A stretch of DNA of 64,000 bases, from contig CAZMYR010000001.1 of NCBI GenBank assembly GCA_964570585.1, positions 17,441 to 81,440 of the forward strand. Reading direction: 5' to 3'. The translations under genes were made by a program, and so were the position numbers. Shown in pieces: positions 1-8,893 of the stretch. Below the pieces are notes generated by a model, which saw only the letters and a program-made list of their open reading frames with translations, ran no database searches and was not told where the DNA came from. The DNA is from an uncultured Planctomycetia bacterium. GTDB lineage: Bacteria; Omnitrophota; Gorgyraeia; JABMRG01; JAFGKX01. The stretch's first letter is position 1. Each line of letters starts with the position of its first letter.

Positions 1-3000
1 TAGTTTGTGGCTATGTTGAATTTAATCACTCCTGCTTTGGCTAATACAGCAAGTTCTTCCATATCGCCTTCGATGGTTTCCGGCTGGACAATAGCTACAT
101 TAAATCTCTCGGCTTCTTTTTGCAACTCTTCTGTAAGCCAGGGACTTATCTTGTCCACCTGTGGTATAGGAGCCAATGTCTTCATATCATAATCTATGCC
201 ATGGCCTGAGCCATTATTTGTGGCAATAAGGTCAAAAGATAGGTTCTTTAATTTAAGATACTCTCCCATTACCCTTATAACAGCAGGATGGGTCATCTTG
301 GGCTCAAGCTTACCGTCACGTCTTGGGTTTGGCACTTTCTTATCAACCTGGCCCACCTCTATCACTTTTCCAAAATGGCCAGTTAATTCAGGAGTATGTT
401 TATCCACTATCCTATCTATATATTCAAGCTGATGCGCTGTCTCTTCTGCGTTGCTGGTAGGAAGAAGTAGTAGCTTTTGTTTCTCGCTTATACTCTTTGA
501 GACTTCTGGGCTTAGGTCACCTGCTATAGTAGCCCTGGCAACTTCTCTCATTATTTTGTCATAAGCAGCAATAACTTCATCTTCCGAAATACTTTCCACA
601 GGGCTCTTTTCGGAGACACCTGGCCCACGAACATCTTTATACATACGAGCTTTCTTGCGTAAAACGCCAAAGGCTGCATTCATATTTCTAACAACGCTGT
701 CAATCTTCCCAGGCGCTCTATTACGTTTTTTCATATTCGAGATAACTGTTCCTCTTATATGGTCAAGTCTTGCCATATTGTCTTTATCATATGGATTTGC
801 CTTAAGAAAATCAGCGCCCCATTCAAGCGGCAGCATAGAGTTCCTCTCCAGGCTAACAACTAAATCCTCAGCAGGCGTGCCATTTTTCTCATAATAGTCT
901 AAGACGGCCTCACCAGCTACTCCATCATAAATAGTTGAAGCATCTATGCCTATTGAGGTAAACCCTGCTTCAATTAAGGATTCAATATCACTCTTTATTA
1001 TCGCGCGCTCTGCGCTGAGATTATCATTTAACCTCCTCTGGACGGCTTCCAAGATTTTCACATCAATAGTATCAATTCTTATCTTATCATTATATGTACC
1101 CTCACCATTTTCCTTCTCATATTCCTCTTTCAATATCGCCTTTGCGTCAAATAAATAATCTTCATACTGAAGACGGCCACCATGTAAAACCAACGGGTTT
1201 TTAAATCCAATTCGCTCTGCTACTTCTCTTACATAGGCAACCACTCTTTTTTCATGTAAAGCATAACTAAGCTGGGAACGACCTACTGCAAAAATAACAG
1301 CAGCATTTTGGGCCATCGCAGCCTTGAGATGACCCTCAATCTGATTATAGCTGACGATATCGGCTGCTATTAATGCCTTCCTTGCCTTTTTTACAGCCTC
1401 GAATGCATCATGCCCGGGGGTAAATAAGCCCTCTGAGGGCCCAATTATAGTAGCTGTGCCGGTTGAGCCGACAGTTTCTATATACTGGTCATCACGGTGC
1501 TGGATAAGTTCGGTGATGGCCTGCTGGACCTTCCCTCCAGCTTCTTGGATAAGCATCTGGCGTGCTTTATTAGCAGCCGCTTCATCCCCGCTAATTGTCT
1601 TACGATCCCACTTTCTTATCTCAGCAATCCTTTCTTCAGGTAGTTTGCCTGCCGAGGAGGATTTTGCTTCAGCTATTGGGAGACCAGTAAGCTCCAGTGG
1701 CAGTGGCTGTATGCCACTTGCATCCTTAGTAATCAAAAATCCGCTATGTCGGTCATTGAGGATGGCGTTGGGGTCAAAGGTTATGAATATCTCATTGGTA
1801 AGGAAAGGGACTTCGTCCCCTGCCACCAGGTGCGAAGCTTTTTCTACAGGAAGGCGATGGATAATCACAGAATCGCCATCTTCAATAAAGTCAGGTTTTG
1901 CTTGACCGGTCTGAATAAATTTGGCTTGAATGCCTGCTCCGTTAACATCAGTAACTTCAAATAGATAACGAGCCTTAAGCAGAAGCTTCTGTCCTATCTC
2001 TATATAAGGAAAGTCTTCTTCTTTGCGCAGGCGGGCTACATCCATAACCGCTAATTTGTCTTTTACTCGACGGGTTACATAACGAGCAGCGAGTAACTCA
2101 AGGCCTAACCTTCCCTTATCATCATAATCATAATTCAGGGCAGTATTATACTTTGCTGTCTTGGCCTTTAGGCTTCTTCCGTATATTTCGCGAATAGCCC
2201 TGGCAAGCTCGTCAGGAAGCCTATATCCAAGGAAGGTATCCACCATTTCTCCCAAGTCCTGCTCTTCAGGAATTAGCAAAGGATTATCAGAGCCAAGCAT
2301 CTTTTCAGTCCAGTGGACAATCCTGTCAAACCCCTCTTTTCTTTCGCCTTTAAAGCTGTAGAAGTAGCCAAGATTATCTCTATTTTTCACCCTTAAACCT
2401 TTTATTATTTTACCCTCAGCCAGGGCCTGTAAGGTCTCTTCAATTAATTGCTCGGCTAATCTATCCAGTTGTTTCTGAATTCTTTTAGGCAGTAACTGAT
2501 ATGCTAAACGAGGCAAGACTTCATAGACTATCCATAGGTCACGACTCAAGATTATAGCTGCTTCGCCTTTCTCCTTAGCTTCCTCGGTTAAAAGGTCGGT
2601 TGCATCAACCTGCTCAAAGAAGCCATACATCCAGGTTGCGATTGCATTACGAACCTCTATGCTATCTCCATCAACCCTGGTAATAATCTCATTCTGGGTA
2701 TTCGATTTTCTGCTTAAGAAAGAAACAAAATATTGTCCTTCATCGCATTTTACATAATATTTTGCACCATCTATCAAATCTAATGCGATTTCGCTTACAT
2801 TATGTAAGGTCATGCCGGTCAGCTTAATATCTACAGGCTGAGCAGGTTTATAGATGTAATAAAGCGAACCATATTTTCTTTTCCCTTCTTGATATTGGCG
2901 CCTGGTGCCGGCTTCTTCAAACCCTAATTTTCCAATATACTTCTTAAATCTCTCTAAGACCCTATTGACTACCTTTTGCTTTTCATAACGGCCAAAGTTA

Positions 3001-6000
3001 GCATGCGTTCCTATCCTAACCTCAGGGCTGGCAAAAGACTTGGGTAACTCATTGTATGCATCAAGGAATGCCCCGAATGTCCTATCTCCCATAACCATGG
3101 GGACCAGCATCTTATTGGTTATCTCCACTGCGCTCATTTCTGCTCCGCTTAAAGGTTCCATTCCGTGACCGCTAACCTCTGCCCCTCCACCAATGCGGGC
3201 ATTGTTACGGAGGTTTACCAGAAGATTGGACTTGCGGCCTCCAAAAATCAGAGTCTCCTCATTCTCTGCCATTATACTGCCTTCTGTCTGTTTCATTTCA
3301 TCCTTCACATAACCAAAACCTACCGGGCCCTCTAAAACATCCATATGCAGACGGATTCCCTGCTTTAAATATTCTTGCTTCATCTTCTCCACTAACAGCT
3401 TAAACCCAGCGTAGAATTTCACTTCAACATAAAATATTGTCCTCTGAGTATCTTTTTCGCCTAAACGCCTGGCTTTCTCTACATCCTGCCTGGCTATAGT
3501 CCTGGCGTACAAGGCCATCAGTTCATCGCCTTGAACCATCTTGGCTAATTGGGGCAGCCAGGTAATTAACCTGTCCTTGTCTTCATCGCCGATTATGGCT
3601 ATTTCTACATCTTTCTCTTCAAAGGTGGCCATCGCCTGTCGGACAAACCACGGTATATTAGGATAAGGTTCGCCATCCGGGAACATATAGTCAGGGTCAT
3701 CGTGGACTACCAAAACCTTTTGCCCTAAAGCTCTAAAGATAATCTGATCCATTCCCCCTGAACCATGCTGATAACCTAATCCAAGGGTGGGTAAGCTATA
3801 TTTCTCAAACGGTCGCTGCCAGCAGAGTAAAGGCCGTTCTGAAAACTTCTCATCAAACTCTTTCTGTTCAGCTCTAGAAAAGCCTAAACTCTTTCCTAAA
3901 TCTTTACGGATTGCCTCCCATTTATCATCCCAATCTAATTCCCGGGTAGCCATTATAAGCTCGCGTATTCCACCCTTCTGGTGGATAGCCCTTTTCCATA
4001 ACCATCCCCATATATCTCTTCCTAAACGAATATAGGCTATTGAATATAAATAGTGGGTATAGGCAACCTCTACTGCAGAGAGCACTTTTATTTCTCTCTC
4101 TTTCAGCTGTTCTTCTGGACAGGGCCTGGTTCTGCCAGCAATAATACCTTCTTTTAAACCCTGCATCTCCTCATCATTAATACTCAATACCTGGGCTAAG
4201 GTATGTTCCCTACCTTTTTTATCCAGTTTAATATCGAACCAGCTGAGCATCTGTTTCCAGCCGCTAAACTCCCAGGGGTTATGGCTGGCTGTGCCGTGGC
4301 CACCACCAAATAAAAGATGCTCTGCCTCTTTATAGGCTTCGAGTAAATCTCCTCTTCCTTCTCCTACACATATCCCATCATTCCAGAGCAGGTTGACAAT
4401 AAGATAATACATTGGGGTTGAGATAATACCTTTCTTTTCAAAATCTTCCGCCAATACATTAAATCTTTCCACATCTTCAGGGCGCAGACGTCCGGCATCA
4501 AGGTCTTCCTTTATCCATTTCATAGCACGGTCAAGGCCTTTCTTATTAGATTTTACTAAAAATACGTTTACTCCTGAATAAAGCAGGCCTAAGGCATAGA
4601 CATCTCTATGTTCCTGTATAGGTAGGCGGCATCCACCACTGACTAAACCCCAAACCTTTTCTCGAAGCTGCTGATGCAGTTTGGGATTTTTTTCTATTTG
4701 GCGTTTTAATTCTTCGTCTTTTAAACCCATGCCTTCTAACATAGTGGTACCTAATTCTATGGCTGAGGAGAAGATAAGCTTCTTAGACATCAAGGCCGGA
4801 TATCGCTCTGTAATCCCAGGAAGTTTTAAGTCTGTGGTTCTAAAAGCGGAGCGTAAATCATAGGTTCTATAGGAGAACCACTGGCCATGTTCCATAATAT
4901 CGAATCTTCTAATAATATCGCCCTCGCGAACCTCTATATGTTCCTGGATAGTAACTCCTTTTGCCTTAATCTCTCGGGTATCATCAAAAAGAATATTATC
5001 TACACATTGGAGTTTTCCCTCAGTCCTTTTTTCCTTATAGGTTATCTCATGGGGGTTATCAATGATTTCTACTCCTGCAAATGGCCTCATATGACCATTT
5101 TTCTCAGGAACTTCATTTAGGATATCACTTATCTCATTAAGGAGTTTAGCTGAATCTTTAACCGTTAAACCAAAGACTTGAGAAAAGCTTTCTACTCCTT
5201 CTTTCCTGCTTTTAGAAGACACTCTGTTAGCTGCTGTATATTGAGCATCTCTGGTCATTATCTGGTGATAGGCAACTATCTTGGTAAGCGTCTTGTATTG
5301 TTCTAAGTCAAACTCAGATTTATGTCTGCGGAGGGTTTCAGGATTATGAAGGGCTTGGGTAAGTATCGATAATTGATCGGTCTTCAAGTTTAATCCAGGG
5401 TGAAGCATAGCATAAAGCGAGGTCAACATCGTAAGTAATTCTTCTGGAGCTGCTTCTCCTTTTTCGAGTTCTGCTCTTCCTATCTCATAGCCGCCATTCT
5501 TCAGAACAGCATTATATGCAAAAATTGTCCGCCAGATATCGCCGGCTTCTAAATAAGCCTTAGCCACCGCCCGGTATAGATGGCGCCATTCCTCTGCCTC
5601 TACTTTTTGGGGTAGTTTACGTAATTCAGCGGCGTCGGCCTCTATATCTCCCCCGGTAACCTCTGCTAAAATCCCAAGTATCCGGCTATCATCCTTTGTC
5701 TCTTTGAATATATCCACTGCTAATGGTAGAAGCCGCAATATAAAGTGCAATCTTTCCAAGCGCTTAATCCTTCTGGATAAATCTTTTTCAGTCTCGGCAA
5801 CATCTACTCCGTGAGTTACATAACTGCCTGCTGAAGCAGATTTGGTGGCAATAGCACCAATAAGGCTTTTAACTTCTTCAACGGGCTTGAAGAACTTAAG
5901 AACCTCTGCTTCGCCTTTAGCGCTAAGTACATATCTGCCAACAGTTGATGGAACATAAAGCGATTGGCCCCTCTTAAGAGGGATATCTTTCCCGCCTGAG

Positions 6001-8702
6001 CTAATTACAACCTCGCCTTTTATAACAAGAATATCGTGAGAAGTACCTTCTACTGGCGCTACACTTAATTCAGCCTCAGCGCCTTTTCCTTTTCCATTAA
6101 GCGTAAATCTGTGCACATTAAAATATTCCTGGGGCCAGACATTGGGGTATGTGCCTTGGATAAGGACTTCTTCTTTTGCTATCAAATCCTTGCCATACCT
6201 ATCTCGCCATTTTCCACGCTCAATTTGAGGCTCTAAAACAAAATTCTTCTCCTCTGTTGTTGTATCCTTTAAACCTTTCCTGACGAACATCTCTATTGTC
6301 TCAAACTCTGCCTGTAAGAAATCCTCTTCTGATGTAGTCGGACGTCTGGCTAAATTCTTGCGCATTATTAAACCTTTATCTTTTTTGAAAACAATAGGGG
6401 TAAAAAAGTCTGCAAAACTGAAGGTAATATTAGAGGTTTGCTGGGGTTCAACAAGTATAAGATGTTCATTGCCGCCTGTATCGTTTACAGGTATTACTAT
6501 CCAGGCCTCATTTTTGGCCTGCGGTCCTTTCAGGGGATGGGTCTGGTGGGAAAGGCCAAATATACTATGGGGATAACCGACGGGTGAGAGGATAACCTTC
6601 CCGGGCTCAAGTTCAATCTCATTAAATAATTCTACAATCCTGGCTCTGACACCTTGGATTTTGCTCATAAGCTGGCTGATTCTACGCCGATTTTCACTCT
6701 TTACAAATTCTTTTATATCCGGGATAAAATCGCCCCACCATCTACTCCCTGCTTGATAGTCGCACCAGTTTGTATAAACTTCTTTAAATCTTCTAAAAGT
6801 CTCTTCGTCAGTTATATCCAGGAGGTTCTTTAGCTCATGCTCCAGCTCTCTCTCTTCCTTCAGCCACTCAATAAAAACTTCTATTCCGACCTCATTGAGC
6901 TTTTCGTTGAACCCCATATGTACTCTATCTACAAAGTTTGTGCATTCAAACTTCTCAAAATAACCCTTATCTAAAGACTCACCAAGCATTTCGGGATTAT
7001 ATCCGAGAAGTTCTTTTAATGTTATAGGAGCCACATCTCCTAACGCTGTATCAGGAATAGTTGATAAGCCATCGTTATGAGTTGAATTAAACCAGAGCTC
7101 TGCTATGGGGTTATTTTTATCTATCGGCCTGCCTAAAACTATCTGGTTGGCTATTCCGCCCCAGGCATAATTTTTTTCCGCAGGAGTAGTTATTAGGGGA
7201 CTGTATTTTGCCTGTTCTATCAAATCCTTAATCTGTTTTATTCTGGTTTTTGCCTGGTTATTAGTTATAAGTTCGGGTAGCGAATCATCTGAAACATGAA
7301 AGTGAATCTCCCCGATGTTTTCTACTACTGTTCTGATAAGGTCAGCTATCTTCTTCTCATTTAACTCTTGATAAAATGTAAGCAGGTCTTTCTTGCCTGT
7401 AAACTGCTCCAGCATCTCTGTAGGGTTACTAATCCAGATAGGTTTAGGTGCGTCTTCTATGGTCCTGAGCATATAGTGTTTACCACCGGTGGATATAGTA
7501 GTATACGGTGGAAATTCTGCGTTCTTAACAATAGTTGCAACTGCCCCTGCCAACATCGGATCATAAGCAGGGTTAATCTTTTTCATATCTTTTGGGTCAA
7601 GCTTAATCGATATATCATTAAATCTCAATCCCCCTAAATTTACCATAAAGTCGGCATATCCCGGAAGGGCAAATGTCCAGGAACCTGCACTGACCCTCTG
7701 GGCCAAGACCTCTATTATGTTACCCGCTTCATCATATAAGATATTAAACTGGATACCTTCCCCTTCTGTTACATATTTTATGTCCAGAGAAATACCTTGG
7801 TAGTGTCCTACTCCGGTGCTGGTTGCCTGGATTGAGCCTGGCATCATATCGTGCAGAAAGGAGGTTTCATGAATGGTGGATAATTTCTTTTCCCTGGTAA
7901 GTTTCTTAAGGACATCGGGCACCCCTATAAGGCAATGGGCCATAAGATAGATAAGCTGCTTATTTCTCGCTGTTTGGAATTTCTTTGAATCATAGCGGGT
8001 AAGGGTAGCAAAGGCTGGGTTTGAAACGCTGCCTACGCCAAGCTTATCAATGCCTTCTGTGCCTCTATGATAAAATCCGAGTCCGCCTTCTTCATCCACT
8101 ACCAAAAACGGCAAGGCACTGACATCCAGATAGCTTAATCCTTTAGGGCTGGTAGCCATTCTGTCCATATCTGCAGTAACTCCAAAGGCTTCTCCTTCTG
8201 GCACATCTCGCTTAATCCATGATATTATATTCAGGGCCTGTCCGGCCATAAGCTGGAGAGCCTTTGATATCTTTGAATTCTGCAAGGAAAGACTCAGCTT
8301 TATTACTGTTGTATAAAATTCTTTTACATAGGGCTCGATGGTTCTATTATCAATAAACTTTTCTTTTAACTCATTGCTTATGGCTTCAAGGGCCGAAGGC
8401 AACTGGACAGATTTATATGCATTAAATAAAACCTTCGCTGCCTCTTTTGCTTTATACCCACCAATAACCAGCTCTACCATGCTTTCTACTTCAAGCTTAC
8501 CTGCGGTGGAAAGATAAGACTTGCCTGTTGGTACCTCTGATAAACTACTTCTAATTTTTGCACCCACGGAAGAGGGTGTATTTCGTAGAGAAGTTGCTCT
8601 TAGGGCATCAGTATCAGCAAATGCAGTTGGCTGAATTGTGCTTACAGCGAATATTATCGCTACGATTAAACTTACCGCCTTCTTTAACACCCCTTTACCC
8701 AT
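1..8702 (-). CDS. Giant multidomain protein 1 (>2900 aa, 3'-truncated by the window): signal peptide, cupin G6P isomerase-like, PMI, PMM/PGM, class II FBP aldolase-like
   Basis: ATG at 8702 after the RBS AGAGGAG; N-terminus MGKGVLKKAVSLIVAIIFAVSTIQPTAFA|DTD. Every segment I translated by hand is in one frame, down to ...GVIKFNIATN at the edge. The ORF track calls no minus-strand ORF here, consistent with no stop inside the window. Confidence 0.92.
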   Translation of the reverse strand, partial: MGKGVLKKAVSLIVAIIFAVSTIQPTAFADTDALRATSLRNTPSSVGAKIRSSLSEVPTGKSYLSTAGKLEVESMVELVIGGYKAKEAAKVLFNAYKSVQLPSALEAISNELKEKFIDNRTIEPYVKEFYTTVIKLSLSLQNSKISKALQLMAGQALNIISWIKRDVPEGEAFGVTADMDRMATSPKGLSYLDVSALPFLVVDEEGGLGFYHRGTEGIDKLGVGSVSNPAFATLTRYDSKKFQTARNKQLIYLMAHCLIGVPDVLKKLTREKKLSTIHETSFLHDMMPGSIQATSTGVGHYQGISLDIKYVTEGEGIQFNILYDEAGNIIEVLAQRVSAGSWTFALPGYADFMVNLGGLRFNDISIKLDPKDMKKINPAYDPMLAGAVATIVKNAEFPPYTTISTGGKHYMLRTIEDAPKPIWISNPTEMLEQFTGKKDLLTFYQELNEKKIADLIRTVVENIGEIHFHVSDDSLPELITNNQAKTRIKQIKDLIEQAKYSPLITTPAEKNYAWGGIANQIVLGRPIDKNNPIAELWFNSTHNDGLSTIPDTALGDVAPITLKELLGYNPEMLGESLDKGYFEKFECTNFVDRVHMGFNEKLNEVGIEVFIEWLKEERELEHELKNLLDITDEETFRRFKEVYTNWCDYQAGSRWWGDFIPDIKEFVKSENRRRISQLMSKIQGVRARIVELFNEIELEPGKVILSPVGYPHSIFGLSHQTHPLKGPQAKNEAWIVIPVNDTGGNEHLILVEPQQTSNITFSFADFFTPIVFKKDKGLIMRKNLARRPTTSEEDFLQAEFETIEMFVRKGLKDTTTEEKNFVLEPQIERGKWRDRYGKDLIAKEEVLIQGTYPNVWPQEYFNVHRFTLNGKGKGAEAELSVAPVEGTSHDILVIKGEVVISSGGKDIPLKRGQSLYVPSTVGRYVLSAKGEAEVLKFFKPVEEVKSLIGAIATKSASAGSYVTHGVDVAETEKDLSRRIKRLERLHFILRLLPLAVDIFKETKDDSRILGILAEVTGGDIEADAAELRKLPQKVEAEEWRHLYRAVAKAYLEAGDIWRTIFAYNAVLKNGGYEIGRAELEKGEAAPEELLTMLTSLYAMLHPGLNLKTDQLSILTQALHNPETLRRHKSEFDLEQYKTLTKIVAYHQIMTRDAQYTAANRVSSKSRKEGVESFSQVFGLTVKDSAKLLNEISDILNEVPEKNGHMRPFAGVEIIDNPHEITYKEKRTEGKLQCVDNILFDDTREIKAKGVTIQEHIEVREGDIIRRFDIMEHGQWFSYRTYDLRSAFRTTDLKLPGITERYPALMSKKLIFSSAIELGTTMLEGMGLKDEELKRQIEKNPKLHQQLREKVWGLVSGGCRLPIQEHRDVYALGLLYSGVNVFLVKSNKKGLDRAMKWIKEDLDAGRLRPEDVERFNVLAEDFEKKGIISTPMYYLIVNLLWNDGICVGEGRGDLLEAYKEAEHLLFGGGHGTASHNPWEFSGWKQMLSWFDIKLDKKGREHTLAQVLSINDEEMQGLKEGIIAGRTRPCPEEQLKEREIKVLSAVEVAYTHYLYSIAYIRLGRDIWGWLWKRAIHQKGGIRELIMATRELDWDDKWEAIRKDLGKSLGFSRAEQKEFDEKFSERPLLCWQRPFEKYSLPTLGLGYQHGSGGMDQIIFRALGQKVLVVHDDPDYMFPDGEPYPNIPWFVRQAMATFEEKDVEIAIIGDEDKDRLITWLPQLAKMVQGDELMALYARTIARQDVEKARRLGEKDTQRTIFYVEVKFYAGFKLLVEKMKQEYLKQGIRLHMDVLEGPVGFGYVKDEMKQTEGSIMAENEETLIFGGRKSNLLVNLRNNARIGGGAEVSGHGMEPLSGAEMSAVEITNKMLVPMVMGDRTFGAFLDAYNELPKSFASPEVRIGTHANFGRYEKQKVVNRVLERFKKYIGKLGFEEAGTRRQYQEGKRKYGSLYYIYKPAQPVDIKLTGMTLHNVSEIALDLIDGAKYYVKCDEGQYFVSFLSRKSNTQNEIITRVDGDSIEVRNAIATWMYGFFEQVDATDLLTEEAKEKGEAAIILSRDLWIVYEVLPRLAYQLLPKRIQKQLDRLAEQLIEETLQALAEGKIIKGLRVKNRDNLGYFYSFKGERKEGFDRIVHWTEKMLGSDNPLLIPEEQDLGEMVDTFLGYRLPDELARAIREIYGRSLKAKTAKYNTALNYDYDDKGRLGLELLAARYVTRRVKDKLAVMDVARLRKEEDFPYIEIGQKLLLKARYLFEVTDVNGAGIQAKFIQTGQAKPDFIEDGDSVIIHRLPVEKASHLVAGDEVPFLTNEIFITFDPNAILNDRHSGFLITKDASGIQPLPLELTGLPIAEAKSSSAGKLPEERIAEIRKWDRKTISGDEAAANKARQMLIQEAGGKVQQAITELIQHRDDQYIETVGSTGTATIIGPSEGLFTPGHDAFEAVKKARKALIAADIVSYNQIEGHLKAAMAQNAAVIFAVGRSQLSYALHEKRVVAYVREVAERIGFKNPLVLHGGRLQYEDYLFDAKAILKEEYEKENGEGTYNDKIRIDTIDVKILEAVQRRLNDNLSAERAIIKSDIESLIEAGFTSIGIDASTIYDGVAGEAVLDYYEKNGTPAEDLVVSLERNSMLPLEWGADFLKANPYDKDNMARLDHIRGTVISNMKKRNRAPGKIDSVVRNMNAAFGVLRKKARMYKDVRGPGVSEKSPVESISEDEVIAAYDKIMREVARATIAGDLSPEVSKSISEKQKLLLLPTSNAEETAHQLEYIDRIVDKHTPELTGHFGKVIEVGQVDKKVPNPRRDGKLEPKMTHPAVIRVMGEYLKLKNLSFDLIATNNGSGHGIDYDMKTLAPIPQVDKISPWLTEELQKEAERFNVAIVQPETIEGDMEELAVLAKAGVIKFNIATN
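3..1430 (-). other. Domain: class II fructose/tagatose-bisphosphate aldolase-like, degenerate active site
   Basis: ALIAADIVSYNQIEGHLKAAM, PLVLHGGR, AGFTSIGIDAS, IEVGQV, DLIATNNGSGHG, GVIKFNIATN follow the class II aldolase motif order. Confidence 0.8.
2620..4880 (-). other. Domain: phosphomannomutase/phosphoglucomutase
   Basis: YRTYDLR N-terminal motif, TASHNP phosphoserine loop (4275-4292), DEDKDR metal loop (3570-3587), GAEVSGH sugar loop, RKSNT. Confidence 0.9.
5880..7200 (-). other. Domain: type I mannose-6-phosphate isomerase-like, unusual motif order
   Basis: NYAWGG, PIAELWF, PGKVILSPVGYPHSI, HQTHP..KNEAW, EPQQTSNIT, and a C-terminal cupin-like segment. Confidence 0.8.
7300..8150 (-). 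other. Domain: cupin (archaeal-type) glucose-6-phosphate isomerase-like
   Basis: STGVGHYQGISLDIKYVTEGEG ... ALPGYADFMVNLG resembles cupin PGI TKGHxH..E.Y...G.G / PxxAH..N.G, with substituted ligands. Confidence 0.6.
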
Positions 8703-8796
8703 TTTCAAATCTCCTCTTTTTTTTGTCATAGTCTTTCATAAATCTTTGCTTTGTTATGCTTAAGTTATAAAAGTCTTTAATTACCCGAATACAGCG

Positions 8797-8868
8797 CAAC
8801 CCTTTTGCCTCGGTTTGTCCCCCTCGAAAATTTTTTATGGAGACAGTAAAATCGAGGCCAAAGGGTTG
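8797..8868. other. Long imperfect hairpin between giant genes 2 and 1
   Basis: CAACCCTTTTGCCTCGGTTT (8797-8816) pairs with AAATCGAGGCCAAAGGGTTG (8849-8868) at 18/20 positions. Confidence 0.75.
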
Positions 8869-8893
8869 TTTAAACGCTATAACTCTATAACCC

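Noticed and set aside
8499-8522. KSYLSTAG as a linker copy in gene 1
   Set aside because: The position is plausible, but it is too divergent to count.
8790-8880. c-di-GMP-I riboswitch
   Set aside because: GGACAAAC/GGCAAAA on the minus strand is only superficially similar; the GNRA-capped P2 and the rest of the consensus are not evident.
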